From contig CBDFJR010000005.1 of NCBI GenBank assembly GCA_965248535.1, forward strand, positions 1,344,001-1,408,000: a stretch of DNA of 64,000 nucleotides, written 5' to 3'. Below are positions 32,478 to 41,653 of the stretch, piece after piece (the first letter of the stretch is position 1; each line of letters begins with the position of its first letter). This DNA is from Phormidesmis sp. (lineage in GTDB: Bacteria; Cyanobacteriota; Cyanobacteriia; Leptolyngbyales; Leptolyngbyaceae). The notes under the pieces were generated by a model that saw only the letters and a list, made by a program, of their open reading frames with translations, was not told where the DNA came from and did not search any database. The translations under genes and the position numbers were made by a program.

Positions 32478-32480
32478 CTA

Positions 32481-33401
32481 ATGGCGGTTGAAATGGTTTT
32501 GAATGATCTGTCTCTTCTTTCTCCCGTCAGCGATCGAGGAACGGCTAGAAAGTTGATGACTGATCTAATTAGTGTGCTCAGTACAGCGGTGATTTCTGGA
32601 GTCAAGACTTTGCGTACTCAGGATAATCTCTACAATCTCATACTCTCGCCTGACTATCCTGTTGCAAGTTGGTTGAATGATGGACAAGTTGAACGGGAAG
32701 AGCGTAGCTTCCTACGAACACTTGGAACTAAAACACCCCTGCTAGCAGAAATCATAGATTCGACTGTCCAAGAGGAAGAGTGCCTGACTGATTTTAGGCA
32801 TCGAGGAGAGCTAGCTTATGCGCTGGGCATTGCGTACTTGCTGAATGCCCTGGTAATTAGTTTTCACTCTGAGCCAAGGTGGAATTGCGACAGTTTAGAC
32901 CTAGAGATTACGAGGTTAGAAGATGAAACAAATTCAGAGGATGTAACTGCGGAACTGACTCTGAAGACGAGTACTGAAAGACTTATTCACGCTAGCCGAA
33001 GAGAGCATATTCTTGGGCACAAGGCACAGATTGAGTATCGCTTTCGTGCAGAGCCTTGGCATTCTGAAGACGAGATACTGCGTTGTCATATCACAGCAGA
33101 TAGGAAAAGTCCCATGTCTGAATGGCTAAATTCTCTTGGCGATCGACGAGCGAAGGAATTTATCCAAGCTAGGCTCAATCAGGTAAAACAGGGTAATTTG
33201 GGTGACTGTAAATCTGTCGGGGAAGGCGTATGGGAATTGAGGATCTTTTATGGCCCTGCCTACCGAATTTATTTTGGTCAGGTTACAGCAGTTCAGCCAT
33301 TACTTCTGAATGGAGGAGATAAAAGCACTCAAGCACAGGACATCATTAAGGCTAAACAGTATTGGCGAGATTATAAACAACAGCAACGTATCTCAGACTG
33401 A
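32481..33401 (+). CDS. Unknown N-terminal domain fused to RelE/HigB-like addiction-module killer toxin; putative Menshen effector
   Basis: C-terminal ~100 aa SPMSEWLNSLGDRRAKEFIQARLNQVKQGNLGDCKSVGEGVWELRIFYGPAYRIYF...GGDKSTQAQDIIKAKQYW. Confidence 0.8.
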   Translation: MAVEMVLNDLSLLSPVSDRGTARKLMTDLISVLSTAVISGVKTLRTQDNLYNLILSPDYPVASWLNDGQVEREERSFLRTLGTKTPLLAEIIDSTVQEEECLTDFRHRGELAYALGIAYLLNALVISFHSEPRWNCDSLDLEITRLEDETNSEDVTAELTLKTSTERLIHASRREHILGHKAQIEYRFRAEPWHSEDEILRCHITADRKSPMSEWLNSLGDRRAKEFIQARLNQVKQGNLGDCKSVGEGVWELRIFYGPAYRIYFGQVTAVQPLLLNGGDKSTQAQDIIKAKQYWRDYKQQQRISD

Positions 33402-33428
33402 CAATATGAACAATACTTGCCAAGTTAC

Positions 33429-36400
33429 TCACACCAGTGCAGGTTCGAGGAGTGCGCCTTGCATTCGACTGAGCCAATCGATCAGATTAGAGAGTTGTTG
33501 GTCAGCACTGAGCATTCCCAAGCCGCGCACAGTGACTTTGCCGGGAGTGTAGACAAAGCGAGTTTGCAGATGATTGGGCAGGTTTTCTTTGAGCAGATTC
33601 CAGCCGGGTTCCTCCATTGGGGTTTCGAGAATGACGTGCTGTTTGCCGTCGGGCTTGATGCGAGAAAAGCCGATTTTTTTGGCGACTTGTTTGAGTTCCA
33701 TGACGCGCAAAAGTTGGAGGGCCGCGATCGGGATCGAGCCATAGCGATCGCTCCAGTCTGCCGCAATCTGGGTCAACTCTGGTTTAGAAGATGCGGTGGC
33801 AACTAGGCGATAGGCATCCATTTTTTGGTCTAGGTCGGGAATGTAATCGGCTGGAATAAAGGCGGTGAGACTGAGATCGATCTGCGTGTCGTCCACTTTG
33901 GGAATTTCTTGACCGCGAATTTCTTTAATCGCGTCTTCGAGCATCTCCATGTAGAGATCGAACCCGATCGCGTCCATTTGTCCCGATTGTTCGGCTCCGA
34001 GCAGGTTGCCCACGCCGCGAATTTCCATATCTCGCACGGCTAGCTGATAGCCTGAGCCGAGTTGGGTAAACTCTTGGAGTGCCCGCAGACGTTGACGGGC
34101 TGCGTCTGAGAGTTCGTGTTTTTTAGGATAAAACAGCCATGCGTGCGCCTGAATGCCTGCCCGTCCGACGCGACCGCGCAACTGATAAAGCTGAGACAAC
34201 CCGAACTTTTGAGCGTCTTCGATCAGGATTGTGTTGACTCTGGGAATGTCTAACCCCGACTCGATAATCGTGGTGCAAACGAGAATATCGGCTTCGGCTT
34301 CGCCAAAGGTGAGCATCGTGGATTCGAGTTCTGACTCTGGCATTTGCCCGTGAGCGACTGCAATTCTGGCACCAGGAATCATCTCGCGCAGTTGAGCCGA
34401 GATTTCTTCAATGCCTTCGACTCTGGGAACGACGTAGAAGATCTGTCCGCCCCGATCGAGTTCTTGTCGAATCGCCGATCGCACCATTTCAGGATCGTAG
34501 GGCGACATATGAGTTTTAATCGCACGGCGAGACGGCGGAGGAGTTGTAATTAAACTCATTTCGCGCACGCCAGATAACGCCATATATAACGTGCGAGGAA
34601 TCGGAGTTGCACTGAGACTGAGAACGTCAACTTGAGTTTTGAGCGATTTGATTTTCTCTTTTTGATTTACGCCAAATCGCTGTTCTTCATCCACTACCAA
34701 CAGTCCCAAATCTTGGAACTGAATGCCTTTTCCTAACAGTTGGTGAGTGCCAACGACAATATCCAATTCTCCGGTAGTTAAACGACGCTGAATATCTTTG
34801 CGCTCGTCAGCCGTGCGAAATCGATTCAGCAATCCGACCTGAATGGGATAAGGTGCAAATCGTTCTTTGAGGGTGTGATAGTGCTGTTGAGTCAAAATCG
34901 TGGTTGGTGCTAGCAATGCTACTTGCTTTCCGGCGATGACGGCTTTAAATATTGCCCGAATCGCAACTTCGGTTTTGCCAAAGCCGACATCCCCACAGAC
35001 CAATCGATCCATCGGACGATCGCTCTCCATATCCAGCTTCACATCTTGGGTGGCTTTAAGCTGATCGGGCGTGGGCTGATAGGGAAACGATTCTTCCATC
35101 TCTTGCTGCCAAGGCATATCAGTGGGGTAAGCAAAGCCGGACTGCTGCGATCGCTGGGCATAGAGATGCAGCAAATCCACCGCAACTTTTTTGATCGCTT
35201 TCCGAACTTTGCTCTTGGTTTTCTCCCAGGCTTTGCTCGACATTTTGTTGAGTTGCGGCACCGCTTCGCCCACGCCCCGAAACCGAGACAGGGCGCTGAG
35301 TTGATCGGCTGCAACTCGCAGTAAACCATCGGCATATTTCAATACTAAATACTCGCGAGTTTCTTCATTAAGCGTCAAACTTTCGAGCTTGATGAATTGA
35401 CCGACCCCATGATTTTTGTGAACCACATAATCACCGGGCTGCAATTTGTTGGGATCAACTTGCTTAGACGCAGCGCGGCGACGTTTGCGAACATAGCTCG
35501 GAGTCGTGAGGCTGTGTTGTCCAAAAAACTCCCGATCGGTGACCAACACCATCCGAAAAGTTGGCAGAATAAAGCCTTCTAGCTCGGCTAACCCCGAATA
35601 TTTGACCGCCACCGGAACGTGCTGAATTTGCAGTTTGTCGATCGCTAAAAAATCTCGCGGGTTGGGCACAAACTGCGCGGGGCAATCATGCTCTTGCAGC
35701 AGCGAAACTGAGCGAGACGGCTGGGCTGAGACGAGCCAAACTGAGAAGCCCCGATCGCGCTCTCCTCTCAACGTTTCAGCGAGTCGCCCAAACTGGTGGG
35801 GCACCGCAGGAACGGGACGGCTGGCGAGATTTAGCCCATTCTTCTCTTCTGCCAGTTCGCTGAGAAAGAGACGATCGAAGCACTCAACTTCAGCCAGAGA
35901 CGCAGCAAACGAACGGTGCGTTTTAGGGAACGGGTGAGAGATTTCTTGCCAATGTTCTTCGACTTGATCAAACCAGCGATCGCCGTGGGCTTCACACATT
36001 TCTGGTTCGTCAAGCGCGATCAAAGTATTGTCAGGTAAATAATCTAGCAGAGACGCAGGTTTTGAGAAAGCGAGTCCTAAAAAGCGGCGCATTCCCTCGA
36101 TCGCGTGTCCTTGCTCAAATTTTTCTTGATCTTCGGGAGAGAGATAAGGCTCAACTTGCTCAAACGTTAGATGAGATTGAATAATCGGGCTGAAACTCGT
36201 GGGAGTCAGCACCAAGCGATCGATGCGATCGAGCGATCGCTGCGTAGACGGATCAAACTCCCGAATCTGATCTAATTCGTCGCCAAACAACTCCAATCGA
36301 ACAGGCAGTTCTGCTGCGACCGGAAACACATCGATAATGTCTCCTCGACGGCTCCACTGTCCTTCGGTTTCGACGAGATTGACGCGATCGTAGCCCAGTC

Positions 36401-36896
36401 TTGCTAACTCGTTACTGAGCGTATTGAGGTTTAGCTCTTTGCCACGATCGAGCGACAAACAATAGGGCGCAAAGGCTTCGACAGGCGGCAGGTGAGTTTG
36501 CAGGGCGCGTTCGGTGGCCACGATCGCCAGAGCACCCGGCTTTTCGGTTTCGTCGGTCGTCTTGACCAAATCTGCCAAGACCTGCAACTGTCCCCAATTC
36601 ATCTCTGCTTCGGGGTCAAACACCTCGTAGGGCGACGTTTCCGACGTGGGATAAAAATGCACCGTTTGCCAGCCCATTGCCTCTAGTTGAGCGCTCCAGC
36701 GTCCGGCTTCTTCTAAGGTTGCCGTGACCACCAGCAACGGACGGGTTTGAGCTTGCGCCAGCGTAGACGCGACTAAGCCCTTGGGCAATCGTGCTAGCCC
36801 ACTCAGCCGCAAAAATTGCTGCTGCTTGAGTTTGTTGAGCAGTTCAGTCGTTAGGGGCAATCGGCCGAGGGCACGAGTGATCGAAGAAAACGCCAT
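33429..36896 (-). CDS. mfd: Transcription-repair coupling factor
   Basis: [49 protein letters not shown]. Confidence 0.98.
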   Translation of the reverse strand: MAFSSITRALGRLPLTTELLNKLKQQQFLRLSGLARLPKGLVASTLAQAQTRPLLVVTATLEEAGRWSAQLEAMGWQTVHFYPTSETSPYEVFDPEAEMNWGQLQVLADLVKTTDETEKPGALAIVATERALQTHLPPVEAFAPYCLSLDRGKELNLNTLSNELARLGYDRVNLVETEGQWSRRGDIIDVFPVAAELPVRLELFGDELDQIREFDPSTQRSLDRIDRLVLTPTSFSPIIQSHLTFEQVEPYLSPEDQEKFEQGHAIEGMRRFLGLAFSKPASLLDYLPDNTLIALDEPEMCEAHGDRWFDQVEEHWQEISHPFPKTHRSFAASLAEVECFDRLFLSELAEEKNGLNLASRPVPAVPHQFGRLAETLRGERDRGFSVWLVSAQPSRSVSLLQEHDCPAQFVPNPRDFLAIDKLQIQHVPVAVKYSGLAELEGFILPTFRMVLVTDREFFGQHSLTTPSYVRKRRRAASKQVDPNKLQPGDYVVHKNHGVGQFIKLESLTLNEETREYLVLKYADGLLRVAADQLSALSRFRGVGEAVPQLNKMSSKAWEKTKSKVRKAIKKVAVDLLHLYAQRSQQSGFAYPTDMPWQQEMEESFPYQPTPDQLKATQDVKLDMESDRPMDRLVCGDVGFGKTEVAIRAIFKAVIAGKQVALLAPTTILTQQHYHTLKERFAPYPIQVGLLNRFRTADERKDIQRRLTTGELDIVVGTHQLLGKGIQFQDLGLLVVDEEQRFGVNQKEKIKSLKTQVDVLSLSATPIPRTLYMALSGVREMSLITTPPPSRRAIKTHMSPYDPEMVRSAIRQELDRGGQIFYVVPRVEGIEEISAQLREMIPGARIAVAHGQMPESELESTMLTFGEAEADILVCTTIIESGLDIPRVNTILIEDAQKFGLSQLYQLRGRVGRAGIQAHAWLFYPKKHELSDAARQRLRALQEFTQLGSGYQLAVRDMEIRGVGNLLGAEQSGQMDAIGFDLYMEMLEDAIKEIRGQEIPKVDDTQIDLSLTAFIPADYIPDLDQKMDAYRLVATASSKPELTQIAADWSDRYGSIPIAALQLLRVMELKQVAKKIGFSRIKPDGKQHVILETPMEEPGWNLLKENLPNHLQTRFVYTPGKVTVRGLGMLSADQQLSNLIDWLSRMQGALLEPALV

Positions 36897-37026
36897 TGGT
36901 TAAGCGAAGAGTGTTGCAGTTTAGCTATCTTTACATTTTATCGAGCGATCGGTGGAGTTGAGTGAAAGCAGCGATCGTCCCCTCAGCATCTCCAATCTTT
37001 GATAAACACCGCAATTGTTCGCTTGA

Positions 37027-37851
37027 TTATCGGTGAGTTTCCACAAGTTTTTGAAAGGCGACCAACGTTTGTTGATAACGCTCACCTGCGACCCACGAGA
37101 AATCATTGTGTCCTGCCTCGGCAACCCAAAGAGACATCTTAGGCTCTGATGCAGCTTCATAAAGTCGCTGACCGTGTTGAATCGGAATGGTTTGATCTGC
37201 TTGACCGTGCATCACGAGAACCGGACACTGCACCTTTCGCAGCTTATCAAGGTTAGAAAACTTGTCGAAGGGAAGTATGGGAAAAGGCACAACGACCCGG
37301 AAGGCAGATGTAAACGTGCTCTCTAAAATCAAACCGCCCACTGGATGCCGAGTTGCTAGGTCAACGGCTGACCCACCCCCCACCGATCGCCCATACACAA
37401 TAATTTGTTTAGGAGGTATTTTGAGTTGTTCGGTTAGATACCGATAGGCTGTCTCTGCGTCCTGATAAGCGTTGCGTTCGCTGGGGTTGCCGTTGCTGGT
37501 TCCATAGCCACGGTAGTCATAAGCAAACACACTAAATCCCCAACTGTGCAGGCGATCGAGCAACGGACGAATATCCCCCAAATCTTCCGCATTGCCGTGA
37601 ATGTAGAGCAAGGTTTGGGTCGCTTGAGAATTGGGCAAGTAGAGGGCTGAAATCTGCTCAGTTTGAGTCACCGACAGCTTAAGACTATTTTTTGAATCTT
37701 GGTAGCTAGTAGGCTGCGGCAAAAAGATCATGCTGTCTGCTCGAAAAAAGACGTAAAGCGCGAAAAACGTGTAGATAAATAGGAGCGATCGCACCAGTCT
37801 TTTCCAACTCAGATCTCCGATGATCAGTTTTCTTAACGGCAATTGACGCAT
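37027..37851 (-). CDS. Alpha/beta hydrolase (ABHD17-like)
   Basis: HGNAEDLG, YDYRGYGTS, GRSVGGG, HGQADQTIP, GHND. Confidence 0.9.
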   Translation of the reverse strand: MRQLPLRKLIIGDLSWKRLVRSLLFIYTFFALYVFFRADSMIFLPQPTSYQDSKNSLKLSVTQTEQISALYLPNSQATQTLLYIHGNAEDLGDIRPLLDRLHSWGFSVFAYDYRGYGTSNGNPSERNAYQDAETAYRYLTEQLKIPPKQIIVYGRSVGGGSAVDLATRHPVGGLILESTFTSAFRVVVPFPILPFDKFSNLDKLRKVQCPVLVMHGQADQTIPIQHGQRLYEAASEPKMSLWVAEAGHNDFSWVAGERYQQTLVAFQKLVETHR

Positions 37852-37918
37852 GAACGGTTACTGCAAGCCACAGCCATTAGTTATTCTCGATGATCTTACC
37901 AAGTTGACGAGGCGATCG

Positions 37919-38034
37919 GAAGACGTGACGGGCGAAGGGTAAAACTCAGATACACTAAAACAGTCCGCACCATCCCTGCCAAATCAACAGGCAGCGCCAA
38001 GAATGCCTCCCACCGTCGAATGTTTGATTATCTT
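37919..38034. repeat. 116-bp direct repeat, copy 1 (promoter and first codons of corC-like gene)
   Basis: Matches 38648-38763 with 3 mismatches (offset 729). Confidence 0.93.
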
Positions 38035-38063
38035 TGGAGAGGCAGATCTCGAACTCAGCACCC

Positions 38064-38324
38064 CTAGCTCTCGTCTGCTGCATCTGAAAGGCTAGCCTGT
38101 GGTTTGGGGGCAAGCGCTTGGTTATTTTGCGTGACTCTGACTAGAAATCGCAATGCTTCGTTGACAGCCTCAGCATTAGGAAACATCGCTGCAACATCAG
38201 GATCTAACCGCACCGTTGTTTCGCCAAAGTTGTTGCGTCCAGACCCTAATCTCCTAACCCGCAGACTTGCCAGGTCATACTCTGACCGAAGCTCATCATC
38301 CCTAATTGACTCATCCCTTTTCAT
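38064..38324 (-). CDS. BrnA-like antitoxin
   Basis: DDELRSEYDL...VRLDPDVAAMFPNAEAVNEALRFL; overlaps BrnT end. Confidence 0.85.
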   Translation of the reverse strand: MKRDESIRDDELRSEYDLASLRVRRLGSGRNNFGETTVRLDPDVAAMFPNAEAVNEALRFLVRVTQNNQALAPKPQASLSDAADES

Positions 38325-38583
38325 AAGCTTCTCGTTCGCTTCGTGTGACTTCTCTAGCACTGATGAGGCGAGTTAACTCACCCCGCTCTGTATAGGACAC
38401 AATCAGTAATCGTCTTTGGTTTGACTCTCCCACCATCAGATAACGCGCCTCCTGTTCCGAATGGTCTGGGTCATAGAAATCAATGTAGAGCGGGTCGTCA
38501 AATACAGTTTTGGCTTCCTCAAACGAAACTCTATGCTTTGAAACGTTTCTAGCTGCTTTAGTTTCGTCCCACTCAAATTTCAT
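38311..38583 (-). CDS. brnT: BrnT family toxin
   Basis: MKFEWDETKAARNVSKHRVSFEEAKTVFDDP...RLISAR. Confidence 0.92.
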   Translation of the reverse strand: MKFEWDETKAARNVSKHRVSFEEAKTVFDDPLYIDFYDPDHSEQEARYLMVGESNQRRLLIVSYTERGELTRLISAREVTRSEREAYEKG

Positions 38584-38647
38584 GAAACCAGTCTAGCCAG
38601 TTTCGCAGAGAACTTTAAACCTAAGTCGGTTTGTGACGAGCCAAATA

Positions 38648-38763
38648 GAAGACGTGACGGGCGAAGGGTAAAACTCAGATACACTAAAACAGTCCGCACC
38701 ATCCCTGCCAAATCAACAGGCAGCGCCAGGAATGCCTCCCACCGTCGAATTTTTGATCATCTT
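38648..38763. repeat. 116-bp direct repeat, copy 2
   Basis: Contains the start of the intact 38732-40090 gene. Confidence 0.93.
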
Positions 38764-40090
38764 GCTTTTAACGATCGCTAACGGCTTGTTTGTGATGTCA
38801 GAAATGGCGATCGTGTCTGCCCGAAAGGTGCGCCTCCAACAGATGGCCAATCAGGGAGACGCTAGAGCCAAAGCAGCGCTCGATCTGGCCAACGCACCCA
38901 ATAACTTTTTGGCGATCGGGCAAGTTGCCATCACGCTAATTGCGATCATCTCTGGTGCCTTTGGTGAGGCGGCCATCTCGCGCAGAGTCGAGCCAATTTT
39001 AGAATCAATCCCGTTTTTGCAACCCTATAGCCACCCGCTTTCGTTTGTGATCTCGGTGATTTGCCTGGCTTATCTGACCTTGATTATTGGCGAATTGGTG
39101 CCGAAGCGATTAGCGCTTAACTACCCCGAACGGGTGTCGTCAGTGGTGGCGATGCCAATGAGCTTGCTGGCAAAAGTGGCCGCCCCGATCGTCTTCTTAT
39201 TAGGCATCTCAACCGACTTGGTGCTGAGGGTTTTGGGCATTCGTCCATCGGGTGAGCCAACTGTGACTGAAGAAGAAATTCGCGTCATGATCGAGCAGGG
39301 CACCGAAGCGGGGATGTTTGAGCAAGCCGAAGAAGACATCATGAAACGGGTGTTTAGGCTGGGCGATCGCCGCGTTAGTTCTCTCATGACTCCTCGCTTA
39401 GAAATTGTCTGGCTCGATCTCGAAGACTCGCTCGACGAAAACCGCCGCACGATGATGGAGAGTTCTCACTCTCGCTTCCCGGTTTGTCATAGCGGCCTCG
39501 ATAATTTGCTGGGAGTGGTGCAGGTCTATGACTTATTAGTAAAAACGCTGTCGGGTCAACCGATCGATTTCACCAGTTCGCTGCACACGCCTGTGTTTGT
39601 GCCCGAAAGCACTCGTGCGCTAAAGGTGCTAGAGCTATTTAAACAGTCGGGCACTCAGATCGCGTTTGTGGTCGATGAATATGGCGTGATTCAGGGGTTG
39701 GTGACGCTGACGGATGTGCTGCAAGCGATCGTGGGTGATATTCCCTCAGTTGAAGAGTTGCAGGAGCCGCAAGCCGTGCAGCGAGAAGATGGCTCATGGC
39801 TGTTGGATGGGATGCTGCCGATTTATCAATTTAAAGAGATTCTCAACTTAGAAGACGAAGAACTGCCGGGAGAGCAACGGGGCAGCTATCAGACGCTGGG
39901 CGGTTTTGTCGTGATGCACCTAGGTCGCATTCCTGCGCCGGCCGACCATTTTGAATGGGACACCATGCGCTTTGAAGTGATGGATATGGATGGTAACCGC
40001 GTCGATAAAGTGCTGGTGATGCCCCCCCGAACTCAAAGAGGATTGGAAGGACGAGGAAGTTATGAACCCGATCGACGCGACAGATCCTAA
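38732..40090 (+). CDS. Hemolysin-family HlyC/CorC protein (CNNM + CBS + CorC_HlyC)
   Basis: NGLFVMSEMAIVSAR, GELVPKRLA, MTPR, HSRFPV, VVDEYG, VMDMDGNRVDKV. Confidence 0.93.
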   Translation: MPPTVEFLIILLLTIANGLFVMSEMAIVSARKVRLQQMANQGDARAKAALDLANAPNNFLAIGQVAITLIAIISGAFGEAAISRRVEPILESIPFLQPYSHPLSFVISVICLAYLTLIIGELVPKRLALNYPERVSSVVAMPMSLLAKVAAPIVFLLGISTDLVLRVLGIRPSGEPTVTEEEIRVMIEQGTEAGMFEQAEEDIMKRVFRLGDRRVSSLMTPRLEIVWLDLEDSLDENRRTMMESSHSRFPVCHSGLDNLLGVVQVYDLLVKTLSGQPIDFTSSLHTPVFVPESTRALKVLELFKQSGTQIAFVVDEYGVIQGLVTLTDVLQAIVGDIPSVEELQEPQAVQREDGSWLLDGMLPIYQFKEILNLEDEELPGEQRGSYQTLGGFVVMHLGRIPAPADHFEWDTMRFEVMDMDGNRVDKVLVMPPRTQRGLEGRGSYEPDRRDRS

Positions 40091-40212
40091 ACTGATCGCT
40101 CAATACTTTGATGATTCAAGTGTGACATGGGGAAATCGTAGCGATCGTGAAGATAGACGATCTCCATTGTCCAACGATATGATTAACGACATCACAAGTA
40201 ACTAACTTAGAT

Positions 40213-40443
40213 ATGGTGACTCTCAACCAGGTTCTTGAAAATGCCATGCAGCTTCCTGTAGAGCAGCAGGAAATGCTTATTGAAATTCTCCATAATCGTC
40301 ATCTTGAACAGCGCCGCGATGAAATTGCAGAAGATGCGAGAGAATCTATCAGCGCATTTCGCGCAGGACAGATCAGACCTCAACCTGTAGAAGACATCAT
40401 TTTAGAACTGCGTCAGTCTCTCAACCATGCTGATGACGAATGA
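40213..40443 (+). CDS. Putative antitoxin (small helical protein)
   Basis: TLNQVLENAMQLPVEQQEMLIEIL; ATGA-coupled to a toxin remnant. Confidence 0.7.
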   Translation: MVTLNQVLENAMQLPVEQQEMLIEILHNRHLEQRRDEIAEDARESISAFRAGQIRPQPVEDIILELRQSLNHADDE

Positions 40444-40568
40444 GAGAACTCGTTCTAACTCCAAAGTTTAAAAGAGCTTTTCGCAAATTTATAAGGCGAG
40501 ATACCAAGTTTCAAAATCGCCTAGAAGATACTTTAACTAATCAGAAATTGCCCTATCGTACTACATAA
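40440..40568 (+). pseudogene. Truncated YafQ/RelE-like toxin
   Basis: MRELVLTPKFKRAFRKFIRRDTKFQNRLEDTL followed by an unrelated tail and stop after 42 aa. Confidence 0.65.
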
Positions 40569-40576
40569 AAATCTGA

Positions 40577-41415
40577 CTATAAAGAGCGAATTCCTGTGAT
40601 TAAACCGTGACAGATTCCGGTTAAGAAATCTAGATCCAGAGTGTCTAAGCGATCGCTAGCTTTGTGATAGTTGGGATTGCGAAGATCAGCAGTGTCGGTA
40701 ATCATCAGGGCCCGATCGCCGCGATCCCAAAAAGGGGCGTGATCACTGCGACGAGTTAAGGGCAAAATCTTGCCGCTATTGGGCACCGGGAGCAACTCGC
40801 AATTGACTCCAGCTTGACGAATGTTGCGCCGCAAATGGATTAGATCAGGAATCGATTTTAAGTTGCCAATCAATCCGATAAAGTTGCCTTGATGGGGGTA
40901 GAAATACTTCAGCCCCGTTGGGTAGCTTTGCGAATGGGGAGTAGCCACACAATAGCCCAACATTTCTAAAGAAATCATCAACCGCAGTGGCTCACTGAGA
41001 CTACGGGCATAGTGAGTGCTGCCAGCCCGATCGTAAGCAGTCTCCTCACAGTCAAACGCCACTAATCGAATCGGATGTCGAGCCGGCCCTTCATGAAAGG
41101 CTCTAGCCATCTCTAACAACACTGCCACCCCTGTCGCATTGTCATCAGCCCCAAGCGAACCCGGCACCGCATCATAATGGGCCCCGATTAAAATTGCAGG
41201 TCGATTTGTTGGCTTTTGGGCAGGCAAATTAAGCACCCAATTTGAGTGAGTTTTTGCCCCCATTAAAAATTCGTGACTCTCCGCTATTCCCCATTGACTA
41301 AACGCTTGACGAATGTATTGCTCACATAAAAGTGTCCTTCAGTCGCTAAATAGACATCTCGTTCGCGAATAATTTCTTGAAGGTGCGATCGTAGCCGTTC
41401 TCTTAAAGCCAGCAT
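40577..41415 (-). pseudogene. M28 family peptidase split by an apparent 1-bp deletion near 41322
   Basis: MLALRERLRSHLQEIIRERDVYLATEGHFYV then frame change to EQYIRQAFSQWG...IGAHYD, GADDNATG, FDCEE, RSDHAPF. Confidence 0.75.
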
Positions 41416-41480
41416 TCTTTAGCTCTGCTCAATAAATTGATCGGCCCTTGGATAGATGCAATCTACAAACTGTCTTGAAT

Positions 41481-41494
41481 GTATTCATTTTGAC
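41481..41494. promoter_or_regulatory. Possible NtcA-like site upstream of porin/amino-acid ABC operon
   Basis: GTA-TTCATTTT-GAC (one mismatch to GTA-N8-TAC); no clean -10 at canonical spacing. Confidence 0.3.
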
Positions 41495-41653
41495 AATTTT
41501 TTTTGATCCCTAATTAGAGAATCACCTCATTCAGGTCATTGACTTGACCCGGTTTCAATACTAGCTTGCCAGATTTTGCTAGCAAGAGTTTCGACTGTGA
41601 TTAGCGATTGAATCTCAGTTATTTTACGAACGAGTGGTGTGAGTGTGTAATTT

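Noticed and set aside
28140..33420. Prophage, IS or composite transposon explaining the island
   Set aside because: No integrase, transposase, terminal inverted repeats or phage genes are recognisable.
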